From Thecamonas trahens ATCC 50062 (Eukaryota > Protista > Apusomonadida): 64,000 nt of DNA. The notes beneath the pieces are model-generated. The model worked only from the letters and a program-made list of their open reading frames with translations. It ran no database searches and had not been told where the DNA came from. The position numbers were made by a program, and so were the translations under genes. The number at the start of each line of letters is the position of its first letter. The first letter of the stretch is position 1. Shown here piece by piece: positions 23,073-31,541 of this stretch. The stretch covers positions 187,753 through 251,752 of the forward strand of contig NW_013657630.1 in NCBI RefSeq assembly GCF_000142905.1, read 5' to 3'.

Positions 23073-24830
23073 ATGCAGTCTGCTTTGACGCCGACAGCGT
23101 CCGACTTGGCAGAGCTCATGGCATTGGTGGGCGGACCGACGGACAGCGCCATGCTCGACTTCTTTGCCGAGAGCATGATGAGTCCTCTGGCAGGACCGAC
23201 ACCGACACCGACTCGTCCTGCACCACAGCTGGAGACAACAACGGCGGGGACTGCGGGGATGACGACAACGGCGATGACGGCGGCGAGTAATGGCGGCGAG
23301 CCTGTGCCATCTCCGCCGTATGCCTTTCATGGCGCATCGTATCGGGCACCGGCGGCCATTGCCCACTTTGACGACACCGTCCCGGTTACCACTCTCCCGC
23401 CCATGTTCTCCGACAATCCCTCGGCTGCCGTCCCTGTCCGCGATCCCACGGTTGCGCTCAACTATCAGCACTCGTCCAGCGGCTCTGCGCCATCGCTCGT
23501 CTCGGCTGCGCTCCGCGCTCCGCAGACCCATCATCTGGCACATCCTCTGGCCACTCCGCCGCTGCCCGGCCACCCCGTCGGTAGCAATGACCTCACCCTC
23601 CAGCTCGACCTGCCGAGCCCACACGCGTCGGGGGGGCTCTTTGCCTCTGAGCCGTCAACGCACCCGCACCGGGGAGAGGTGAAGCCTGCGACGAGCGGGC
23701 GGAAGCGCGCACGCGACGCGAGCAATGGACCGGCCGGCGGCAAGTCGGCCTCTGACGCGCCCGCCGTTCCGGTTGCGAAGAAGCAGCGCCGCGCTGCCAA
23801 AAACCGCATCGCGTCCAAGAACTACCGCCAGCGTCGTCGTGAGTATGTGCAGCGGATCGAGCAGCAGCTGGAGGAGTTGCGCGCCGAGAATGAGCGACTC
23901 AAGGCGGCGGCGGGCTCGGGCAGCGCGGCTGTCGACGTTGTGCTGCTGCAGGAGGAGAACGAGGCGCTCAAGAGCCAGATTGAGGCACTGCAGGCCCACG
24001 CCAACGACGTCTCGGACAGCGGGACACCCGGTGACGAGCCGTCGCCGTCGACACTCTCGGTTGAGGACCAGCAAGTCCGACTGGTGGAGCTACTCCACCG
24101 CAACATTGTCAACGGCGACGATGAGGCTGTTGTTGCCGCCAACCTCAAGAAGCTCCGGGCGCTCCGGGCACCGCGCAAGATCTCACAGGCCGATGTCCTC
24201 CGCCAGATCGAGGCCGAGGCCCTTGCTGGCTCGCCGGCAAAGGACGAGTACTCAGCCATCACCCAGGCGATAGGCGAGCTGTCCAAGGGCGGAAGCGAGG
24301 CAGCGGGAGCATCACCGCCGTCGCTGTCGCCCAACCCTTCGCCGTCACCCGAGCCCACCTCGCCCGTCGCTCAGGCGCGCAAGTTCTCGACCGCCAACTA
24401 CCTCGCACTCTCGCCGGCGCAGCAGGCCGTCATTGACCAGCTTCGCTCCGAGCACGAGGAGACCATGACGGCCATCATCCGCCAGCGGCATGACACCACC
24501 GCCAAGGTCAAGGCGTTGCTCCACTCCAACTTTGGCCTCTACACCTCGCTCAAAGCACAGGGCATCGACTTTAACGACGCTGTCAAGGACATTCCCGACA
24601 TTGCCGACATTGCAAACGCACTCAACGAGCTCAAGGCCAGCATTCAGGCCGAAGCCGATGCCACCGAGTCGCTCATGTCGCGATTCCTCAGCCAGCTCAC
24701 TCCGCGCCAAGAGGCCGTCTGGGAGCTGCGCGTCTGCCAGTTCTCCCACTGCCGCTCGCGGGTCATTCAGGCCTTCTGGTCCGTCGCCGAGCGGGCATCG
24801 CTCGACATCGAGGTGTACAAGTGCGAGTGA
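23073..24830 (+). CDS. bZIP transcription factor with C-terminal helical (DOG1-like) domain
   Basis: basic region KKQRRAAKNRIASKNYRQRRREYV followed by leucine heptads. Confidence 0.88.
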   Translation: MQSALTPTASDLAELMALVGGPTDSAMLDFFAESMMSPLAGPTPTPTRPAPQLETTTAGTAGMTTTAMTAASNGGEPVPSPPYAFHGASYRAPAAIAHFDDTVPVTTLPPMFSDNPSAAVPVRDPTVALNYQHSSSGSAPSLVSAALRAPQTHHLAHPLATPPLPGHPVGSNDLTLQLDLPSPHASGGLFASEPSTHPHRGEVKPATSGRKRARDASNGPAGGKSASDAPAVPVAKKQRRAAKNRIASKNYRQRRREYVQRIEQQLEELRAENERLKAAAGSGSAAVDVVLLQEENEALKSQIEALQAHANDVSDSGTPGDEPSPSTLSVEDQQVRLVELLHRNIVNGDDEAVVAANLKKLRALRAPRKISQADVLRQIEAEALAGSPAKDEYSAITQAIGELSKGGSEAAGASPPSLSPNPSPSPEPTSPVAQARKFSTANYLALSPAQQAVIDQLRSEHEETMTAIIRQRHDTTAKVKALLHSNFGLYTSLKAQGIDFNDAVKDIPDIADIANALNELKASIQAEADATESLMSRFLSQLTPRQEAVWELRVCQFSHCRSRVIQAFWSVAERASLDIEVYKCE

Positions 24831-24907
24831 TGACAGCCACACCTCGCAGCCGGGCGCCTGCGCCCTAACTTGTAAACCATGCTGCGAGACGCCGACGGGC
24901 CCCGGCA

Positions 24908-26446
24908 TCACGGCGCCGGCGGGCGCCACGTCGCCAGCACCTCGCACGACATGTAGATGGCCTCGACCATGAGCCGCGACATCTCTGACGCCTCGCCGTC
25001 CTCCGAGTGGATCGAGTCGAGCGTAGTCTGGAACTCGGCAATCTTGTACGGCTCCTCGGCGCCGCTGCCATAGTCCGAGTTGCTAAAGTAGGCCTCAAGG
25101 ATGCGCAGCATGTACATGCGCTTCGGTGACTCGGGGTCGAGGTTGTTGAGCTCGCGGACAATGACGTTGAGCACAACATGGACGTCATTGGGGTAGAGCA
25201 GGCTGAGCGAGGCCGGCGAGGCAAAGATGTCCAGCAGCATCTTGAGCACAGGCTCGCCGGCTACCATGCTGTGGTACCCAGTCGGCCCGCCGTTGAACAG
25301 CCGCGGCACGTACTCGACCACAGCCTTGACGTCGCTCGCCCGTAGCAGTGCCTGAACCACCAGCGAGAGCTTGCCCGGGCCCTCATCGCCCGCCGCCGCC
25401 ACGTTGACGAGCAGGACCAGCCGCAGCAGCGCGTCTAGCAAGGTCTCGTCCGGATCGGTCTCGTGCGCCACCACTGCTAGCAGCAGCGCATCGAGCACCT
25501 GAGGTGAAAACGCCGTGGCGACCACCTCGACAGGAAGCTGGGTCTCCTGGTGGAGGAGGAGACCGACCAGCGATGCTTCGGCGAACGCCATCGACGCCGG
25601 CGCCGCAGGCGCCGTCAGTGACACCATCGCCCGCGCCACCAGCCCCTTGCATGCCACCAGCCTTTCCGCCGTCTCTGGAAAAGTCTCCACCAGCCGGGCC
25701 AGGATCTTGGCCTCGGCCGTCCGGAACGGCACGGCGGTCTCGGCCACGTACTGCGTCGCGAGCTTGCCCACGTTGGCGTACCCATCCGCCGTCACAAACT
25801 CGAGCATCTTGACCGGCACCACATGATCAGCGTCACCCGCTGGTCCGAGCATCCGGTACATCTTGGAGAGGTGCGCCTGCGAAAACGCCCGCGCCGGACC
25901 GCCATCACCCGCAGCCGCCGGCGCCGGCTTGAGCTGCTTCAGCAGCGGAGCCACGGCCTCCAGCGCAGCCGCTCGCTTCTCCTCTTCCACCAACTCGGCC
26001 TCCAGCGCCGCCATTTTCTTCCGATGTGCCTCACGCTCGGCCTCGACCGCCACCTTGATCTCCGCCACCCGCGAGCCAGCCTCGACCGCCGCCCTCAGCG
26101 CCTCGAGTGTCATACCCTCCAGCGACGCGACGCCTTCCACCGCCGCCACCAGCGCCTTCTTCACCGCCTCCTCGTCACCTGCACCCGCCGTCTGCACACC
26201 ACCACTCCCCGCAGCATTTCCTCCACCTGCACCCGCCTCGGCCTTGCCACCCCGTGTCGCCACCGATCCACTCCTCCGGCGATGGCCATGCGAGCCATGC
26301 GGTCCAGCATGTGACCCAGCCCGTGCCCGCGACGCCTTCCCGTCCCTGCCACCGCCACCACCGCCACCACCACCACCAGCTTGGTCCTCTACACCCACGG
26401 TCACCTCGTACTCGTCGTAGTAGTACTCGTACTCGCCGTCTGCCAT
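24908..26446 (-). CDS. SPIN90/Dip1/Ldb17 (WDS) family Arp2/3 activator-like protein
   Basis: C-terminal leucine-rich region with LKMLLDIF..LLYPNDVHVVLNVIVRELNNL, similar to the WDS FYxNDxxVLIDI motif. Confidence 0.65.
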   Translation of the reverse strand: MADGEYEYYYDEYEVTVGVEDQAGGGGGGGGGGRDGKASRARAGSHAGPHGSHGHRRRSGSVATRGGKAEAGAGGGNAAGSGGVQTAGAGDEEAVKKALVAAVEGVASLEGMTLEALRAAVEAGSRVAEIKVAVEAEREAHRKKMAALEAELVEEEKRAAALEAVAPLLKQLKPAPAAAGDGGPARAFSQAHLSKMYRMLGPAGDADHVVPVKMLEFVTADGYANVGKLATQYVAETAVPFRTAEAKILARLVETFPETAERLVACKGLVARAMVSLTAPAAPASMAFAEASLVGLLLHQETQLPVEVVATAFSPQVLDALLLAVVAHETDPDETLLDALLRLVLLVNVAAAGDEGPGKLSLVVQALLRASDVKAVVEYVPRLFNGGPTGYHSMVAGEPVLKMLLDIFASPASLSLLYPNDVHVVLNVIVRELNNLDPESPKRMYMLRILEAYFSNSDYGSGAEEPYKIAEFQTTLDSIHSEDGEASEMSRLMVEAIYMSCEVLATWRPPAP

Positions 26447-26552
26447 CCTCGCACCCTTTGCCACAAGAGATGCGTCTGCCTGATTGCTATGCCGCCCGCC
26501 TGTCGTCCCTGTCCAACCGACTCACGCGACCGACGGAATCACTTGGCGGAGT

Positions 26553-26952
26553 GGTCTGGCCGACCGAGTCATGGATGGCCTGGCCGACCGAGTGTTCGAT
26601 GGTCTGGCCGACCGAGTCATGGATGGCCTGGCCGACCGAGTGTTCGATGGTCTGACCGACCGAATCATGGATGGTCTGGCCGACCGATGGCCTGGCCGAC
26701 CGAGTCATGGATGGCCTGGCCGACCGAATCATGGATGGCCTGGCCGACCGAGTCATGGATGGCCTGACCGACCGAGTCATGGATGGCCTGACCGACCGAG
26801 TCATGGATGGCCTGACCGACCGAGTCATGGATGGCCTGGCCGACCGAGTCATGGATGGCCTGACCGACCGAGTCATGGATGGCCTGACCGACCGAGTCAT
26901 GGATGGCCTGGCCGACCGAGTCATGGATGGCCTGGCCGACCTGGCCGACCGA
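26553..26952. repeat. 24-bp minisatellite (CCGACCGAGTCATGGATGGCCTGG/A), about 16 copies
   Basis: directly visible tandem array with no spacers. Confidence 0.95.
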
Positions 26953-27010
26953 CCGACGCCCGACGGTGCTGGTGCTGGCACTACACTCTACCAACCTGGT
27001 GAGGCCAGGA

Positions 27011-30000
27011 ATGGCGAGGGGACCGATGACGAGGTGTACATACAGAGGAAGGAGAGTGGGCCTGGCTGCGGTTGCAACTGCGGTTGCGGCGGTGGTGGTG
27101 GTGGTGGTGGTGGGTATGGTGCCAGGCGCGGTGGCCGTCCGGCGACATGTCGCCTTTGCGCCTTTGGCGGTGGGACCTGGCTCATGCACGAGTGATGATG
27201 AATGTGATCTGGGATATGTTTGTGATGGCGTCACTTTTTCCTGCATGCAACGCAATTCTGGTCGTTTTCCAGACTTGCCACTCTTGCCGCCCTTTGCTAC
27301 CGCTGCTCTCGCCGTTCTCATTGCTGTCATCGTCACCGTCTTTGCTGCTACTGTGGTATGGGCTTGCTCTGGCTCCAGACGTCCGGAATCGTTGTGGAAT
27401 CCGATGGGGATGTGTTCGATCGCTAGCGTGTTGACCATCGCGCTCATTAGTGTGGTCACGATGGTTGTGGCTGCGGTCATCCTGGCATTGGCAAGGAGGA
27501 GCGTACCGCTGCCCGACGCGGCTGGATCGGGCGAGATGTGCACGGGCAGGGATGCGCTGGCCTGCGAGCCGTTCTACTGCGATGTCCGTGTTGGACAGTG
27601 CTTCACCGAGTGCCGCAGCGATGGGGAGTGTCGATCGGGCGCGCTTTGCAAGAGCGGCGCGTGTGAGACGCAGCCCCCGCCCGAGCTCTATCTCTCGAGC
27701 AACTACGTGGCGCTAGTCTCGCTCCTCGTGCCTGTGGCGTTCTGCCTTTGCTGTGGGCTGTGCTTTGTTGGAGTGTGGCCGTCGGCTGGATCGTCGTTTC
27801 TGGCGGTACTGGGTTGCGTGGCGGTGCTGACGGTGACCGGCTTTGTGGCCATTCCGATCACGCTCACGCAGGTGAAGCGAGACATTCCACAGGCGCCGAT
27901 GCCGCCGACCAACGCCAGCGTGTGTGCCGGGAACGGCGTGTGCGCGCCGTTCCGGTGCGACGTCGGCCGGTCTGGGAAGTGCCTTGCGGCGTGCTCGTCC
28001 AACTGGCACTGTGTCCCTGGCGCGGTGTGCTCGCAAAGCGGAGTGTGCGTACCAGACGTGCCGTTGCGGGCGACACCGCTATCGATCGGCGGCGGCATCG
28101 GAGTGGCACTGGCGGCTGCGGTGGTTGTCTCGGCCGGATGCGCGTGCCTGGCACGAGCGGCACCCGAAATGGACGACCCGGAGGTGTACAGTGCCGAGTG
28201 CTGCTGTTGGGCTTTTGTGGCGGTGGCGGTCGGACTGGGCCTCGGACTCTGCCTCTTCTACACCCCATTTGTACCGTCTACGCCTGGGAGTGGGCCGCGG
28301 TGTGCGATGCCAAAGGCGCGAGTTTGCACGCCGTACTATTGCGACGTGCGGCAGCAGAGTTGCTTTACGACCTGCGAGCACAACGACCAATGTGTCGACG
28401 GGGCCGATTGCATCAAGGGGAGATGTCGGGCACCGGCGTCCACCAGCCAGCCGCAAGTGCAGGCTGTGGCGTGGTGGATGGTAGCGGCGGTGGCGTGCAG
28501 CGGCGGAGTTCTCGCCGCGGCATGTACCTGCTGCGCGTACGGACTCTTTGCGGCCGAGGTTTACACCGACAACGTGGGTCGGTTCCGTCGCTCGCACCGG
28601 TGGTGGCAGTTTGACGTCAACGGACCGATGGTGGGCATGCTGGTGACGGCGGCCTTTGTGGTTGCAACAGGACTGCTGCTGTTTATTGCGGTACCGAGAC
28701 GCAACCTGTCCGGTCTGGCACATACTGCTGTGATGAGCAATGTCAGCTGTGCCGTGCCGCACGACGGGAGATGTGCCGGGTACCTGTGCAACGCTGCGGC
28801 AGGGCGGTGCTATGCATCATGCGAGCGCGATGTCGAGTGCGGCGCCGGGTACGGGTGCACAACGGATGGGCAATGCGCGCCTGGGATCCGGCGGGAGGTG
28901 CTCGAGCCGGGATATGTTGCGGTGGTACTTGTTGCGGCGAGCATAGGAGTGGCGGGCGTGTGCGGGGCTGGCTTTGCCTGGCTCATAGGCATGGTGCCGC
29001 ACTCGCGGCGCGGAGTGGGCATCTCGGACGACGACTACGATGAGGGCTGCTGCGACCGGATGCCGGTGTTTGTGGCGACAGTGATGATGCTTGTTGTGGC
29101 AGTGGTTCTGCCGACGGGGCTATACCTCGGGTACGGGGGCGAGACGAGGGTGCCACAGGTCGACGGAAGCCACGGGGACGGCGGCATGTGCAGTGTGATC
29201 GACGACGTGCGCTGCGGCGGCTTTGTGTGTGACACTGGACTCGGTGCATGCTACACAAGGTGCAAGAGCTCGTGGCAGTGCCAGAGCAACGCACGATGCG
29301 GACGCAATGGGGTCTGCCACGAGGCCAAGGCAGCGATGGCCTGGTCTGTGATGGGCGGCTTGAGCATGGCGGTGATGGCGGGTGTGGTGGTGTGGCTATT
29401 TGTTGTGCCGCTGCTGAAGGCGTGGCAGGCCCGGCGAAGGCGTGCCAGGACTGCACGGAAGCACGCGCGAGAGCAGGCGCTGCTGCAGGCACACCGCGAC
29501 CATCTGGCGGCGGTGGAAGAGGCCGAGTTGGATCTGTCGATTCCGCGGGAGGACGTGTGGGATCCGACGGCACCGACGCCGCTGGGCGGTGGCAGCGGCG
29601 GGCGCGGAGCCTTTGCTTTCCCCGAAAGCGACGACGTGGTTGCACTGGACGAGGTCGGCGAGGGCGAGGTGGCGGCGCACACCGATCCGGTGTGCTCGGT
29701 GTGCATGTTTGAGGCGTCGACGGTCCGGCTTGTGGGCCGCGAGTGCCGACATGGGTTCTGTGCGACATGTGCAGCGTACTCGTTACAGGCGATCCTGGAC
29801 TCAAACCAGTTCCCTGCCCGGTGTCCCGGGTGCCGGGCAGACGGCGTGGAGGAGCGGTCGTACGTTGCGTCTGGGGCGATCGAGTTTCTCGTGCGGCGAA
29901 TGGTGGTGCCTGTTGAGCTCGGGCGGAGGTTTATCCGGCAGCAGATTCTGCAGGCGTTCTCGCCAGGCGAGGTGGTGACGTGCCCGGCGTGTTCGATGGT

Positions 30001-31252
30001 GTCGATGCTGCCGGGTGACCGGGCGAGTGCGGAGACGCAGAAGCGGCGAAAGGTGCACAAGAGCGGGCGGGCACTCGCGGTTGAGTGCACCGGATGCGAG
30101 ACGGCGTTCTGCGTCTCGTGCGAAATGCTCTGGTTTGATCACGACGGGCTGGACTGCGCAGGCGCGGCGGCGCGGCACGAGGCTGGAGCCGACTTTGCGT
30201 CTGTGATGGCGACGGAGGAGTACATCCGCGAGAATACCAAGGCGTGTCCACAGTGCGGAACGCGAATCAATCACTCGCGCGGACACGCATGTCACCACAT
30301 CATGCCTGGCGGTGGATGCCCGGGCCTGCGCGACGACGGGACACGATGCGGATTCCACTTTTGCTACACCTCGCTGCTCCCGTACGGCGAGTGCCACCAC
30401 GAGTCACACGGCCACCAGCTGTTCTGCGATGATCGGTGCGACTGCCCGATCTGCCCAGTGTGCGAGCCCGGGCGACCGTGCCACCAGTGCTCCGGCCAGG
30501 GTAACTGCTGGGCGTGCTTCCCGGAGAACCATCCCGATGCACGGGCGGCGCGGGAGGCAGCGGAAGCAGCTGCACGGGCAGCCGAGGCCGAGGCCCAGGC
30601 AGCAGCAGCAGCAGCTGCGGCCGCGGCGGCTGCCGCAGCCGCGCCATCACCACAGACACCACAGACGCCGCAGTTTGTGGTTGTTCCGCGGGCATCACTT
30701 TTGCAAGAGATTCGCGAGCGGGCGGCGATGGTTGCACCGTCGGCGATGTATGACGGGGTGGTGGTACCGGAGCCCGGTGATCGAGGCGTGATGCTCGACG
30801 GATCTTGCAGCGACAGCGGCGACGACGTAGTGGTGGCCGGGCCGTCGGGCGGCAGCCGGCCGGAGGGCCAGCTGGCTGGCCGGCGTGGGCTGCGGACAAG
30901 ATTCCAGCTGCAGATGGGCGGGCCGAGCACGCGCGGGCCCGCGAGCGCCAGCGGTGAGCAGCGCGTACTCGAGCTGTACTCACCCATGGCGAGCGGAGAC
31001 AACAGCGCGCGAGCAATGTCCGCAGTGGCGATGACCGGTTTCCGCGTGGAGGCACGGACGCCAGCGTCTGCTCATGGCGAGCGGCTGGCAGAGTTTGTGG
31101 CGGCCACGGGCGAGGGCCGCGAGACTGCGCAGTACTACCTCGCGCTCTTCAACTGGAACGTGGCGGATGCGATTGCCTTTCATGCGGACGAGCAATCAGC
31201 GCAGTCTGCTGCTGCACAGTCTGCCGGGGCGAGTATCCGGATGTGGGAGTGA
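27011..31252 (+). CDS. Multipass membrane protein with repeated extracellular 8-Cys modules + RBR (RING1-IBR-RING2) E3 ligase + UBA-like domain
   Basis: five full C..C.P/GY.C...C...C..D.C..G..C...G.C modules each separated by two hydrophobic helices; CSVC..CRHGFCATC..CPGC; CPAC..CTGC..FCVSC; KACPQC..GHACHHI..CGFHFCY; ERLAEFVAATG..AQYYLALFNWNVADAI. Confidence 0.85.
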   Translation: MARGPMTRCTYRGRRVGLAAVATAVAAVVVVVVVGMVPGAVAVRRHVAFAPLAVGPGSCTSDDECDLGYVCDGVTFSCMQRNSGRFPDLPLLPPFATAALAVLIAVIVTVFAATVVWACSGSRRPESLWNPMGMCSIASVLTIALISVVTMVVAAVILALARRSVPLPDAAGSGEMCTGRDALACEPFYCDVRVGQCFTECRSDGECRSGALCKSGACETQPPPELYLSSNYVALVSLLVPVAFCLCCGLCFVGVWPSAGSSFLAVLGCVAVLTVTGFVAIPITLTQVKRDIPQAPMPPTNASVCAGNGVCAPFRCDVGRSGKCLAACSSNWHCVPGAVCSQSGVCVPDVPLRATPLSIGGGIGVALAAAVVVSAGCACLARAAPEMDDPEVYSAECCCWAFVAVAVGLGLGLCLFYTPFVPSTPGSGPRCAMPKARVCTPYYCDVRQQSCFTTCEHNDQCVDGADCIKGRCRAPASTSQPQVQAVAWWMVAAVACSGGVLAAACTCCAYGLFAAEVYTDNVGRFRRSHRWWQFDVNGPMVGMLVTAAFVVATGLLLFIAVPRRNLSGLAHTAVMSNVSCAVPHDGRCAGYLCNAAAGRCYASCERDVECGAGYGCTTDGQCAPGIRREVLEPGYVAVVLVAASIGVAGVCGAGFAWLIGMVPHSRRGVGISDDDYDEGCCDRMPVFVATVMMLVVAVVLPTGLYLGYGGETRVPQVDGSHGDGGMCSVIDDVRCGGFVCDTGLGACYTRCKSSWQCQSNARCGRNGVCHEAKAAMAWSVMGGLSMAVMAGVVVWLFVVPLLKAWQARRRRARTARKHAREQALLQAHRDHLAAVEEAELDLSIPREDVWDPTAPTPLGGGSGGRGAFAFPESDDVVALDEVGEGEVAAHTDPVCSVCMFEASTVRLVGRECRHGFCATCAAYSLQAILDSNQFPARCPGCRADGVEERSYVASGAIEFLVRRMVVPVELGRRFIRQQILQAFSPGEVVTCPACSMVSMLPGDRASAETQKRRKVHKSGRALAVECTGCETAFCVSCEMLWFDHDGLDCAGAAARHEAGADFASVMATEEYIRENTKACPQCGTRINHSRGHACHHIMPGGGCPGLRDDGTRCGFHFCYTSLLPYGECHHESHGHQLFCDDRCDCPICPVCEPGRPCHQCSGQGNCWACFPENHPDARAAREAAEAAARAAEAEAQAAAAAAAAAAAAAAAPSPQTPQTPQFVVVPRASLLQEIRERAAMVAPSAMYDGVVVPEPGDRGVMLDGSCSDSGDDVVVAGPSGGSRPEGQLAGRRGLRTRFQLQMGGPSTRGPASASGEQRVLELYSPMASGDNSARAMSAVAMTGFRVEARTPASAHGERLAEFVAATGEGRETAQYYLALFNWNVADAIAFHADEQSAQSAAAQSAGASIRMWE

Positions 31253-31400
31253 CGGCGATCTCTCCTTCCCTGCCTAATTCCTTCTGAGTAGTAAACGGCT
31301 TGCTACCCAGATGCGCTTGTGCATGTCGGCGTAGTCGAAACGGGCGATGCAGCAGTGGCAGTGCCAGTCAGGGTGAGTGCCAACAGTACGGGTGTCAACC

Positions 31401-31487
31401 AGTGCCAGCCAGCGCCAGTAGCATGAGTGCCAGCCAGCGCCAGTAGCATGAGTGCCAGCCAGCGCCAGTAGCATGAGTGCCAGCCAG
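31401..31487. repeat. 25-bp tandem repeat AGTGCCAGCCAGCGCCAGTAGCATG, about 3.5 copies
   Basis: directly visible. Confidence 0.9.
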
Positions 31488-31541
31488 TGGCCAGTGACAG
31501 CCCCCCCCCCCCCCCCCCCACCCCCCCCCCCCCCCCCCCCC

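Noticed and set aside
26553-26952. Repeat array as CRISPR, or as a coding repeat protein (DGLADRVM)n
   Set aside because: There are no unique spacers or cas genes and the context is eukaryotic; the open frames follow from a 24-bp unit lacking stops
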